A DNA stretch of 64,000 nucleotides, taken from the NCBI RefSeq assembly GCF_030028105.1, contig NC_092386.1, positions 14,687,258-14,751,257 of the forward strand, read 5' to 3'. The position numbers and the translations under genes were made by a program. This document shows positions 1 through 12,241 of this stretch, one piece after another (positions within the stretch are counted from its first letter, which is position 1; each line of letters opens with the position of its first letter). Source of the DNA: Mobula birostris. Its lineage: Eukaryota. Under the pieces are notes generated by a model. That model was not told where the DNA came from. It worked only from the letters and a program-made list of their open reading frames with translations, and did not search any database.

Positions 1-1965
1 CGAGTGGGAAGCTGGAGGATTGGGAAACTTTTAAAGAGCAACAGAAGGTAACTAAAAAGGCAATACGCAGAGAAAAAATGAAATACGAAGGTAAGCTAGC
101 CAAGAATATAAAGGAGGATAGTAAAAGCTTCTTTACGTACGTGAAAAGGAAAAAAATAGTTAAGACCAAAATTGGGCCCTTGAAGACAGAAACCGGTGAA
201 TTTATTATGGGGAACAAGGAAATGGCAGACGAGTTGAACAGGTACTTTGGATCTGTCTTCACTAGGGAAGACACAAACAATCTCCCAGATGTAATAGTGG
301 CCAAAGGACCTAGAGTAATGGATGAACTGGAGGATATTTATATTAGGCAAGAAATAGTGTTGGATAGACTGTTGGGTCTGAAGGCTGATAAGTCCCCGGG
401 ACTTGATGGTCTGCATCCCAGGGTACTTAAGGAGGTGGCTTTCGAAATCGTGGATGCATTGATAATCATTTTCCAATGTTCTATAGATTCAGGATGAGTT
501 CCTGTGGATTGGAGGGTGGCTAATGTTGTCCCTCTCTTCAAGAAGGGAGGAAGAGAGAAAACAGGGAACTATAGACCGGTTAGCCTGACATCAGTGGTGG
601 GAAAGATGCTGGAGTCAATTATAAAAGATGAAATTATGACACATCTGGATAGCAGTAACAGGATTGGTGCAAGTCAGCATGGATTTACGAAGGGGAAATC
701 GTGCTTGACTAATCTTCTGGAATTTTTGAGGATGTAACTATGAAAATGGACAAGGGAGAGCCAGTGGATGTAGTGTACCTGGACTTTCAGAAAGCCTTTG
801 ATAAAGTCCCACATAGGAGATTAGTGGGCAAAATTAGGGCACATGGTATCAGGGGCAGAGTACTGACTTGGATTGAAAATTGGCTGGCTGACAGAAAACA
901 AAGAGTAGCGATTAACAGGTCCCTTTCGGAATGGCAGGCGGTTACCAGTGGGGTACCGCAGGGTTCAGTGCTGGGACCACAGCTGTTTACAATACATATT
1001 AATGATTTAGATGAGGGAATTAAAAGTAACATTAGCAAATTTGCCGATGACACAAAGCTGGGTGGCAGTGTGAAATGTGAGGAGGATGTTATGAGAATGC
1101 AGGGTGACTTGGACAGGCTGGGTGAGTGGGCAGATGCATGGCAGATGGAGTTTAATGTGGATAAATGTGAGGTTATCCACTTTGGTGGTAAGAACAGGAA
1201 GGCAGATTATTATCTAAATGGAGTCAAGTTAGGAAAAGGGGAAGTACAACGAGATCTAGGTGTTCTTGAACATCAGTCACTGAAAACAAGCATGCAAGTA
1301 CAGCAGGCCGTGAAGAAAGCTAATGGCATGCTGGCCTTCATAACAAGGGGAATTGAGTATAAGAGCAAAGAGGTCCTTCTGCAGCTGTACAGGGCCCTGG
1401 TGAGACCACACCTGGAGTACTGTGTGCAGTTTTGGTCTCCAAATTTGAGGAAGGACATTCTTGCTATTGAGGGAGTGCGGCGTAGGTTCACAAGGTTAAT
1501 TCCCGGGATGGCGGGACTGTCATATGTCGAAAGATTGGAGTGACTAGGCTTGTATACTCTGGCATTTAGAAGGCTGAGAGGGGATCTTATTGAAACATAT
1601 AAGATTATTAAGGGATTGGACACACTGGAGGCAGGAAGCATGTTCCCGCTGATGGGTGGGTCCAGAACCAGAGGCCACAGTTTAAGAATAAGGGGTAGGC
1701 CATTTAGAACAGAGTTGAGGAAAAACTTTTTCACCCAGAGAGTGGTGGATATATGGAATGCTCTGCCCCAGAAGGCTGTGGAGGCCAAGTCTCTGGATGC
1801 TTTCAAGAAAGAGATGGATAGAGTTCTTAAAGGTAGTGGAATCAAAGGTTATGGGGATAAGGCAGGAACTGGATACTGATTGTGGATGATCAGCCATGAT
1901 CACAGTGAATGGCGGTGCTGGCTTGAAGGGCCGAATGGCCTACTCCTGCACCTATTGTCTATTCT
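1..1965 (+). mobile_element. CR1-clade LINE, 3' portion of ORF2 (reverse transcriptase) plus 3' tail; inactivated
   Basis: ORFs 78-497, 504-737, 740-1543 and 1550-1879 give NYRPVSLTS, QHGF, YLDFQKAFDKVPH, GVPQGSVLGP, KFADDTKL and LVRPHLEYC. In-frame TGA at 495 and 1541, frameshift near 720. CR1-type tail GGGCCGAATGGCCTACTCCTG...CTATTGTCTATT. Confidence 0.95.
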
Positions 1966-2428
1966 CTTCTTTGTACTTATTTAAATTTTTTATACATACT
2001 TCTTACTGTAATTTGTAGTTTTTTTATTATACATTGCAATGTATTGCTGCCACAAAACAATAAATTTCACGATTAATGCCAGTGATATTAAACCTGATTT
2101 TGATTGAATTCCGATCTTCCCAGCGCTTGCGCTGTAAAGCGTTATACTAACTGCTATGTTACTGTGCTGTCCACCAGCAATAACTCTGGTACACATGAAG
2201 ACCTCCATTAGTTGGAGTCAACCCTACATGATACACAGGCCGGGGCTGTATGATATGAAGAACAAGCTGTTGCCCATGTAGCAGGCTCCCCCTCTCAGCA
2301 CAGCTGATGAACCCAAGGGAACGGCAGAGACCGATACAGTTCGGCACCAGCGGTGTCGCAGGAGTTGCCAGTTGGCATTGAACTCAATGTACGACTGCCT
2401 TAGGGACTCCAGATCCAGATGTTTCATA

Positions 2429-3263
2429 TGTGAGGGGATCCAGGAGTGCCCCTATTAACTGTTTGGAGAGAGACATTTATCATTGATGGTTTGTTTGGAA
2501 AGGAGAGAGAGACATATTTACCACCGATATGTTGCTTTTGGAAAAGAAAGCGAGAGAGAGACAAAGATCAATGGTTGGACTGTCACTTTAAGGCATTGGA
2601 AGTAACTTTGGATTTTTACTGAGTTTGGAGTTGGAGACAGCACTGAGCAGCTCGTAAGTTGCTATGGTGACCGAAGGCAGTGTTATTTAATGGACACTCG
2701 ATGTTATGATTTTCAGCAGGTTGTTGATATTTCTTCAAGGACTTGTTGCCTGCTTGCATTTCTTTGCAGACAACGGAAGGAGGGACTCTTTGAATGACAG
2801 GTGATGCTCAGCCTGGTGAAATAAATGGGAGGTCAGATGATACAGACCTCAGACACATGATCTGGACACTGAATGAGCATTGTTGTGCCTGCAGAGAAAG
2901 TGGGTTTTGGCGGATCGATCCAAATTGCTATTCCAACGGTGAAGAAGGGGCTGACTGGTGGGGAGTTGTCTATGTGTCCACCCTCACCTGGGTGATAGCT
3001 CCACCACAGGAAAACCGGTCCCCCTGGTTAAAGTCAGAGTCGGTGACTTGTAAAGGATTTCGGAGGACGACGAGAAGATCGACGGCATCAGCTCACCTGA
3101 AGACTCAACTCACTCTCTCTCTCTCTCTCTCTCTCCATCACTACTCAACTAAATACCACGAACTGAACTGAACTTTACTCAACATCGTAAGACTGTATCT
3201 TTTTACCCCTAGACTTAAAGAAGCTTGGTTTTCATACATCTATTTCCACACTTACTGATTTAT

Positions 3264-3312
<49 letters not shown>

Positions 3313-3470
3313 AATATATATATATTCATTGCTAACCTGTTTGATTTATCTTCATTTATATTACTGTATTGTATAGTTACTAATAAATATTATTAGTTGT
3401 TAGCAATACGAGACTCCAAAGTGCTTTCTATTTCTGCTGGTTCTTTATCCCCGTCACGGGGTATGTGACA
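2429..3470 (+). mobile_element. Solo LTR (TG...CA) with 4-bp TSD CATA
   Basis: Begins TGTGAG and ends GGGGTATGTGACA. CATA at 2425-2428 and 3471-3474. Internal AATAAA near 3382 and (CT)n/(CA)n tracts. The 3' end resembles the reverse complement of 41797-41860. Confidence 0.75.
3266..3306. repeat. (CA)n microsatellite inside the solo LTR
   Basis: About 20 uninterrupted AC units, followed by TA-rich sequence. Confidence 0.95.
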
Positions 3471-4575
3471 CATAGAATCAGAGAAAAGTACAGCACAGAA
3501 ACAGGTCTTTTAGCCTAGATTGTATGTACCAAACCATTTAAACGGCTTATTCCCATTGCACTGTACCTGGACCATCGCCCTCCCGTCCATGTACCTATAC
3601 AAACTTCTCGTAAATTTTGAAATCGAGTTGGCAGGCACCACCTGTGCCAGCAGCTCGTGCCACACTCTCATGACCCTCTGAGTGAAGAAGTTTCCTTTCA
3701 TGTTCCCCCTAAACTTCTTCAGGGTTTAGTCCCAAAATTGTCCGGATGAGTGGGTATAGCTGCGAGGCAGCGGAAGTTTGAGATCAGAGATTTTCCTTCC
3801 AGTTGAGTTGCCAACCACAGCTGACAAGCCCCATCTGCCCAAAGCAAATGGTTTTAAGGCCCCAGTATCCCACTTTTGCTCCTTCTCTTTTCAGTAGAAG
3901 CTGTTCCACTGGGCTTAGTAGCTAAGCCACACGTGAAGGCCAGGAGCTGGACTTGGTTGTCAGAGGCTATGTGAGACGCAGGTCATTCGGAGCATTTAAT
4001 AGGTAGCAGGAGCCTATCTTGTATAATTATTGTAATATTCCAAAGACCTTTCAAGTCAGATACAATTACTGTGTTTAAGAGTCATTTAGACAGACACTTA
4101 AAAAGGGCACTAGGATCCTGATGCAGGCCAGTGGGATGGGTGCAGGCCATGAGCCAGTTTCTGTGCCGTATGTCTCTGACTGAATAAACACAAACTGCAC
4201 TCCAAATCCCTCCAATCTGCAGCCATTAAGCATACACAGAAAACAACCTTCAACAGAACTTTGTCATCAAAATCCTTCTGCGCTAATCACCTGCTTCTTT
4301 ACATGTTTGGAAACCATTTGCTTCAGACAAGTGAATAACATTTGATGGGATCACTGTAGAATGCAAGGCCATGAGCAAGTTGATAAAATGGAGTCAAGAT
4401 CTTTTAACCAAAATATAACCAGTGACAAATAATTCTTATTCACCTGGAACTTTATAGAAGTATGAACGCCCAAATCCTGTGATCCACTAACTTGTCTGAC
4501 AATATCAGTAATCCCAGAACAAGTCTGCCACATTTGATACTGGACCCAGGTAACATATAAGTTGCATAATGAGAT

Positions 4576-4850
4576 GGCATGGTGTCACAGTGGTTAACAC
4601 AATGCTTTATAGTTCCGGTGACCCAGGCTCAATTCCTGTAGCTGTCTGTAAACAGTTTGTACGTTCTCCCTGTGACCGCGTGGGTTTCCTCCAGGTGCTC
4701 TGGTTTCCTCCCACAGTCCAAAGATGAACCATTTGTAGGTTAATTGGTCATTGTAAATCGTTCCACGATAGGCTGGGGTTAAAACGTGAATTACTGGGCA
4801 GCGTGGCTCTAAGTCCAGAGGGGCCTGTTCCATGTTGTATCTCAATAAAT
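4576..4850 (+). mobile_element. tRNA-derived V-SINE/HE1-like SINE
   Basis: tRNA-like head, core GTTTGTACGTTCTCCCTGTGACCGCGTGGGTTTCCTCC...CCCACAGTCCAAAGA, and CR1-like tail with AATAAA. Related copies at about 11090-11400(-), 39060-39260(-), 48220-48400(+), 58620-58770(+), 60038-60280(+) and 62500-62780(-). Confidence 0.75.
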
Positions 4851-5287
4851 AGATCGATAATGTAAGCCCCTTTGACTAATGTAAAACTCACTGAACAAGT
4901 TAGCCAGGGCACATCACTCACCAGCAGCAGCGAGTCCTGCTGGGGGAAAGGCAACCTCAGCGAGTTCTTTTGGGGGAGGGCAATCTCAGTGACATTTGGA
5001 GGAAGGGAAAATATAATTTTCTGTCAGATTTCCAGCAACTGTGCTTTCCCTCACATTCAGTGACAGCCACACTGATTACCAGATGAAACTAAAGCTTTTT
5101 GACAGATTACGGCATAGGGGGTACATAGCAGTGTGGGGTGATTTAGCTATTACAGGATGGAAACAGGGCAGTTGGCCCAAGAAGTCTCTGCTAACCATGG
5201 TGCCCACCAAGATAGCCCCAATTTCCTGTGTTTGGTCTACATCCCGCTAAGCTCCACCTCTCCATGTACCGACCTGTGCTTCTTAAA

Positions 5288-6850
5288 TAGAAAAGTACAG
5301 CACAGAAACAGGCTCTTTGGCCCATCTGGTTCCTGCTGAACCATTTAAACTGCCTACTCCCATCGACCTGCACCAGGATCATAGCCCTCCATACCCCTAT
5401 CATCCATGTACCTATCCAAACTTCCCTTAAACTCACATGCATCACTTATGCTGCCAGCTCGTTCAACACCCTCAGAATGAAGAGGTTTCCCCTCATGTTC
5501 CCCTTGAACTTCTCACCTTTCATACTTAACCCAAGACCTCTAGTTGTAGTCCCACCCAATTTCAGTGGAAAAAGCCTGCCTGCACTTACTCTATCTATAC
5601 CCCTCATAATTTTTGTATACCTCTATCAAATCTCCTCTCAATCTTTTACATTACCTATTCAATCTTTTCTTATAACTCAGGTCCGCCAAACCCAGCAACA
5701 ATCTTGTAGTTTTTCTTTGTACTCTTTCAACCTTATTTACGTATTTCTGTAGGTAGGTGACCAAAGCTGCACAATGTACTCTAAATTAGGCATCACAAAT
5801 GTCTTATGTAACTTCTTTGCTTTATGAAGGCCAATGTGCCATAAGTTTTCTTTATGACCCTATCTACCTGTAACACCACTTTCAACAAACTATAGTCCTG
5901 TATTCCCAGATCCCTTTGTTCTACCACACTCCTCAGTGTCTGACCATTCACCGTGTAAGACCTACCCTGGTTGGTCCTACTGAAGTGCTAACCCTCACAC
6001 TGTCTGCATTAAATTCCATCTGTCATGTTTCAGCCCATTTTCCAGGCTGGTCCAGATCCCACTGCAATCCATGATGGTCTTCCTCGCTGTCCACTACACC
6101 CCTAGTCTTGGTGTCATCCACAAATTTGCTGATCCAGTTTACCACATAATCATCCAAGTCATTGATATAGATGACAAATAACAGTGGACCCAGCACCAGT
6201 CCCTGCAGCACTCCACTCGTCACAGGCCTCCAATCAGAGAGACAACCATCTACTACCACTCTCTGGCCTCTCCCCCGAAGCCAATGTCTAATCCAACTTG
6301 CCACCTCGTCTTGAATGCTGAGTGACTGAACCTTCTTGACCAACTTCCCATGCAGGACCTTATCAAAATCCATGTAAATAACATCCACTGCCTTGCCTTC
6401 ATCAACTTTCCTGATAATTTCCTCGAAAGACCCTGCAAGATTCGTTAGACATGACCTACCATGCATGAAGCCACGCTGATTATCCTTAATCAGTCCATGT
6501 CTATCTAAATGCTTATATATCTGGTCCCTCAGAATACCTACTGATAACTATTGGAATACTATTGTACTCAACCGCTTCCTCTGGCAGCTGGTTCCATATG
6601 GTCACCACTCTCTCCTAAGGTCCCTTTTAAATCTTTCCCCTCTCACCCTAAACCTATGCTTCCTAGTGCTGGTTTCCCCCACTCTGGGGAAAAGACTGTC
6701 ACCTCTCATAAATGTAAATATTTCTATAAGCTCGCTCCTCATTCTCGTACATTCCATGGAATAAAGACCTAACCTGGCCAACCTCTCCCTATAACTCACC
6801 CCCACCCCCCGGAGTCCTGGCGACACGGTTGTACATCTTCCCTGCACTTG
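5288..6850 (-). mobile_element. Decayed CR1 LINE fragments (RT and 3' end)
   Basis: ORF 6023-6466(-) GRSCLTNL...VTSGVLQGLVLGPLLF...SKFVDDTK. ORF 6602-6904(-) SYRERLARLGLYS...HRFRVRGERF. Confidence 0.85.
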
Positions 6851-7119
6851 TTCCTCACCCTGAATGGGGTAATTGATCAAAAATGCATTGAAGTGGGCAA
6901 ACAACTTGGTCTTCCAGTGAACTTGGTACGGTCAGAGCGAGTTAGTAAGTAATTAACTAAATGCATGGTTAGTTATAAATATACAGGTACATTCATATAT
7001 AATTAATTTACAATAAACAATTATTTATATTTGTTTTAACAAGTACAAAACTGTGTGTGTATAACTTCCACAAACATACATAAATACAACTCTATCAGTA
7101 AGTCGGTCTTCTTCAGTTA

Positions 7120-7710
7120 CTGGAGGCCTCGCGGAGCCGCAACCCAGACACCCCCGCACGTCCACCGGCCTGAACTGCTGTCCCCGTTCCGCCCCACCTG
7201 CCCAGGGCTCCCGCCTCCGACCGACCACTCCACCTGTTACCCTCCCAGCCTCATCCGTCCCACGCCGTCACACCTATCCACCTCTGCTCCGCACCGCCGC
7301 ACTTGCCCAGGGCTCCCGTACCGTGCCCCCGCCGCTGACCACCCCACCTGTTCCTCACCTGCCCAGGGCTCCCGCAATGTCCACCCCACCTGTTTCCCAA
7401 CCCAGCCTCACCTGCCGGCCTGTTCGACAGCCGAGCGTGATGCAGGGAAGTTCCTCGGTGCCGAGAACTTTTCAGGCTGAGAGACGGAGCAAGGGGACAG
7501 ACCCTGAAGCGACTGGACGGTGTCAGGGTCCGGAAGAAACCGCCTCCACCTCACCACAGCCACTATCACCCGACCCTTACCTACTCGGAGCGGCGAAACT
7601 CCGGAATCTGCCCGCAAACTCCGATCACACGGAACACCCGCCCTTCCCTGATGTCACATCCACGGCAGCTCCTTACGTACACATTGTTCCCACGCACACC
7701 TCTTCCCGTC
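7120..7710 (-). promoter_or_regulatory. CpG-rich promoter and probable non-coding first exon of a minus-strand gene (CCDC125 by synteny, unverified)
   Basis: Local CpG enrichment. ETS-like CCGGAAG near 7530, GC box CCCGCCC at 7637-7643, CRE-like TGATGTCA at 7649-7656. Minus-strand donor TAG|GTAAGG at 7581/7580. No coding exon of this gene recognised in the window. Confidence 0.5.
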
Positions 7711-7759
7711 TACAGCTGTCACCACAGTGTCCTCCACAGGCCACTTCCCACAGCTAGCT

Positions 7760-8220
7760 GTTCCTACACTGAGTGTTCCTGTCCACAGCTCTTCCCATCT
7801 ACAGTTCTTCCCACAGTTCCTGCCCACAGCCCTTCCTACAGTGTTCCTGTCGACAACTCTTCCTACAGTGTTCCTGTCTACAGCCCTTCTACAGTGTTCC
7901 TGTCTACAGCCCTTCTACAGTGTTCCTGTCTACAGCTCTTCCTACAGTATTCCCGTCCACAGCCCTTCCTACAGTGTTCCTGTCTACAGCCATTCCTACA
8001 GTGTTCCCTTCTACAGCCCTTCCTACAATGTTCCTGTCTACAGCTCTTCCTACAGTGTTCCTGTCTATAGCTCTTCCTACAGTGTTCCTGTCCACAGCCA
8101 TTCCTACAGTGTTCCTGTCCACAGCCATTCCTACAGTGTTCCTGTCTACAGCCCTTTCCCATCTACAGCTCTTCCTACAGTGTTCCTGTCTACAGCTCCA
8201 GCTCTTCCTGTCTACAGCTC
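7760..8220. repeat. 27-bp minisatellite (TTCCTACAGTGTTCCTGTCTACAGCYM), about 16 units
   Basis: Direct tandem units visible. They produce the repetitive ORFs (SSSYSVPVY / TALPTVFLS) in the ORF track. Confidence 0.92.
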
Positions 8221-8538
8221 TCCTCACACACTATTCCTACACACAGTCTGTCTGTCTACATCTCTTCCAATATCCAGCTCTTTCTGCATCTGGCTGTTCC
8301 TGCCTACAGCTACACCGCATTGTTTTTGGTCTCATTAGCAACCTTTTGGTCACTTAGTCCTTTCTGTCTTGCACTTCAATCAGAAAGTTATGCTTTCATG
8401 AATTCACTGTTCCCCCATGATAGAAAGTAATGACCAGAAATAAATATTTTTAAAATATATATTGGCAGTAAGTGGGTATTTGTATGTTTCAAGCCTCTGC
8501 ACTTGTACCAACTTTGTATGACATTTACATCAACCTTG

Positions 8539-8998
8539 TGTCAGTACCTCCAGTTGAACTCTGTCTTTTTGTGTGTTTCCCCCAGCTGTCAGTCTGTTGT
8601 TTTGTATTGCCATGTGCTCCTCTCCCCGCGCCTGCTCTACTCCGGCCCCTGTCAGTTTCTCATTATTACCTGTATTGCTGCCACCTGTGTCTCATTGTGC
8701 TCCACCTATCATCTGCCTCTCTGTTTATTGTCAGTGTATTTCAGTCCTGTGTTTTCACCTGTTTGTTACCAGATTGTGCCAGTGAATTTTCCTAAGCCTT
8801 TCCAGCATTTGTATCTCTACTCTGTCTGTCGACTCTACCTGTTTCCCAATTCTGGTTTTTGGATTTCTCTGTATATTTTGATCTCTGCTGGAACTTTGAT
8901 GTTGACTTTGTTTGCACCTTGGGACTTGTTACTCAATTGATATCACTGTGCGCACAGTACTGGGTCTGTGATTGGATCCCTGCTCTAGCGTCCTGACG
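8539..8998 (+). mobile_element. Solo LTR, 460 bp, 5-bp TSD CCTTG
   Basis: Termini TGTCAG...CTGACG form an inverted hexamer with a terminal A>G change. CCTTG at 8534-8538 and 8999-9003. Strand is tentative. Confidence 0.7.
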
Positions 8999-11900
8999 CC
9001 TTGTTGGAGTGGGTCTCTGAAGTGACATTCAAGTTCACTGACAATAGTACATTGGGGTAAGGTAAACTACTGGGAAAAAATTCTGAAATTTAAAACTCAA
9101 TCAAAATATGCATCAATTAATTCATTTTTAATCCTAATGTTTTAGTTATATTTCTAAATTATCAGATATCTTTAAGGAAAGGAAATTTGTTATCTTTATC
9201 TAGTCTGATTTACTTGTGACTCCAGGCTCACTGATGTGGTTGACGCTTAACTGCCCACTGAAATACGTAACTTACTCCTAAACATCATTACAGTGTTACC
9301 CAGTTTTAACTTCTTGACTGGGTGTGCAAAATCAGGCATAATATAAAACACAAGATGAATTGAAAAGGAGTCAGATGTGTTACAGTCTAGTTAATTTGTT
9401 TATTAAAGAGGTTACAATGTACAAAGTTTTACAAAGGCACTTGTACCTCTAGCTTCTGATACATTTCAACTTTCGATACTCAAATATGTTTTTACTTATA
9501 GGGGGCACAGATTTATTTAATATACAGCTCCCCTGAATGGAGAACTGTGTGATAAGCTTCATAGGTTGAACAAGTTTTAATGTACTTACTAAGCTTTGGT
9601 TAATGCAACATTACTGCAGTTATCCTTGCCAAGGACTGCAACAATATCCATAGCATGCCAGGTGCTACTGACTACTGAACTAACTCCAGCTGTTTCTGAA
9701 AACCAGCCATAAAATATCAGTGGCAAACAGCACAGCAGCAACAGCCAGGTCTGAGGGTCTCAGAGAACCCACCTCATCTCAAAGAATGCTCATTCACATG
9801 CAACCTGGTGATCCCTATCCAATGTGAGTCAGAGAGTTGACAGTACCAGGACTGGTCTGAAATCTACACTAACAAAGTAGATTACAGGCATAGGATAATT
9901 AGACAGGCATAGACTTTTTCCCCAGAGCAGAAATGGCTAGTATGAGGGGGCATAATTTTAAGGTGAATGGGACAAAAATATAGGGGGGAATGTCAGAGGT
10001 AAGTTCTTTACACAGAGTGATGGACGCTGGAATGCACTGCCAGCGGTGGTGGCAGAGGCAGATACTGAACATTTCAGAGACTCATGGATGATAGAAAAAT
10101 GCAGGGCAATGTAAGAAGGGAGGGTTAGATTGATGTTAGAGTAGGTTATACGGGTGACACAACATCGTGGGCTGAAGGGCCTGTAATGTGCTGTAATATT
10201 CTCTGTTCTATAAGTCAGTGATAATAAACATAGTTCAGGTCATTTTTTTTTTAACTTCTCCCACTCCCAAGCCCTTTCACTTCACACCATTATCTCTTTT
10301 GACATTTGAGCTCCCTACAACAGTCCTCTCCCTTCATCCCTTCCTCTCCTCACTTTCCCTGCAATTTAGACAATGAGGCTTTAATATTTTTCCAGTTCGA
10401 ATGAACCTAATAGACCTGGAAGTTAACACTTTTTTTTAATATATAACAGTTTTATATATTCTTGTATTTAAAAACAAAATCCTAATCCTTTCAGCTCAGG
10501 GTAACAACCTCGACTGGTAAAACAAAATTGATATCGAAATAGCAATAAAGAGTCCTTCTATATCTGTGTGTGACAGTATGGACAGACAGAGATGGAGGTA
10601 GGTACATAGAGAGCTATGGGTAACCCTAGGTAATTTCTAAAGTAAGGACATGTTTGGCACAGTTTTGTGGGCCCGAAGGGCCTGTATTGTGCTGTAGGTT
10701 TTCTATGTTTCTAATTGTGTGCATACGGATTGTATCACCTCACACAAGTACTTCACTATGAGAGGATCAGAATGGAACAGATTAAAGAAATAACTTACTG
10801 CCCATTACACCGCTGGTGTTTAGGGCAGCAATGGAAGAGCTCCTTCTCTGTTTCGATATCAGTTTTGTTTTACCAGTCAGGGTTGTTAGCCCTGAACTAA
10901 AACTCCAAACCTGAGGGACTGGTGGACCACTCTTACTCTGGCCTTTACCCTTTGGCCTTTGCCATGGCTGACCCTACCAAGAGCTAAAGCATAGAGCCCT
11001 GGCTCCAGCCAACATAGGTCTCCGGGTCACTGAGGCATGCCAGCCGCCAAGCCCTACGAAAAAGTCATATTATTTCTTTATATGACTGAAGAAATAAAGA
11101 TTACCTTTATTTTTTACATGTACATTGAAGCATACAGAGAAATGTGTCGTTTGTGTCAAATCACGAGCACTGTGCTGGGCAGCCCCCGCCCCCCGTGTTG
11201 CTATGCTTCTGGTGTCAACGTAGTATGCTCTCAACTTACAAACCCTAACTTGTACATCTTTACTATGTGGGAGGAAACCCAGGCAGTCACCAGGAGAGTG
11301 TACAAACTCCTTACAGACAGCAGCTGGAATCGAACCCCAATCTTACAGCTGGCACACTGTAAATTGTTGAGTTAACCATATTGCTTCTCTGCTACCCCAA
11401 TAGCTCTAATTGTTTGAACTGGGGAAACTCCAACAGCACTCAAGAGCTGGGCACCATCCAGAATAAATCAGCCCACTTTCTCCCTAGTGTACTTCTGCCA
11501 TCTAAAGAATATATTTGGAATCACTTAATGCTGATACTTCAACAGCATCGCACAAACTTGCACTCCCTACCACCAACCTGTACATTCTAAGAAACACCCA
11601 TCATTCTGTCTGCAATATCTCTGTTCCTTCACTGTTGTTGGATTCCCCTCATGGAATTCGCTATTCGTAAGAGCAGCTGTTTTCCAAGAAGGCTCCAGGA
11701 CATTTAGGGATTGCTGGCTTTGCCTGTGTTGTCACTCCCAAAAATATATGTCCACTGGCTTAATCATCACGCTGGAAGGAGAGGTCCATGTGACCCAGTC
11801 CTCTAATGTGTTGATTACAGCAGGAAGTGAGTGAAGACCATGATCTAGGTAGAAATTCAAATTTGTAATGCTTTGATCTCTATTTCTTCTAACACATTTT

Positions 11901-12241
11901 ATGGCTGAGTATGATGTCTGATGTAGGGAGACAATAAATTGTAGGAGGAAACAGGGGAAGAGATCAGAGGTGACAGAGGAAGGTCAAATTTCACTATCTA
12001 ATGGTTGAAATCTGTACGTTAAATCTTTAAATTGTCAAGAAAGAATTACATTCAGTTTATCATGATGATTCCAATTCCTGATTGAAACTGTTTACACTGC
12101 TTTTTCCTAATTGGAAGTATCTATGGCTGTAAATTGAAAAAAAAACACACAAGCTGAAGTGCCACCTCTACTTCCTCAAGTTTGTGAAAATTCAACTTAA
12201 ACTTTGACAAACTTCTATAGATGTGCGGTGGCGAGTATACG

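Noticed and set aside
740-1543. Reverse transcriptase as an active or domesticated gene (also 18259-18927)
   Set aside because: It is ordinary CR1 ORF2 broken by stops and frameshifts, and many decayed copies are present.
4576-4650. tRNA-like A/B box sequences (also near 60040 and 48700)
   Set aside because: These are heads or parts of SINE-type repeats. No complete cloverleaf is evident.
7651-8357. Long repetitive ORFs (139-203 aa) in several frames
   Set aside because: They are a by-product of a largely stop-free 27-bp minisatellite that is open on both strands. There is no splice or homology support.
9390-9720. 3'-UTR-like AT-rich stretch with a minus-strand AATAAA near 9399
   Set aside because: It could be a distal AK6 end, but no linked exon is identifiable and the motif is common in AT-rich DNA.
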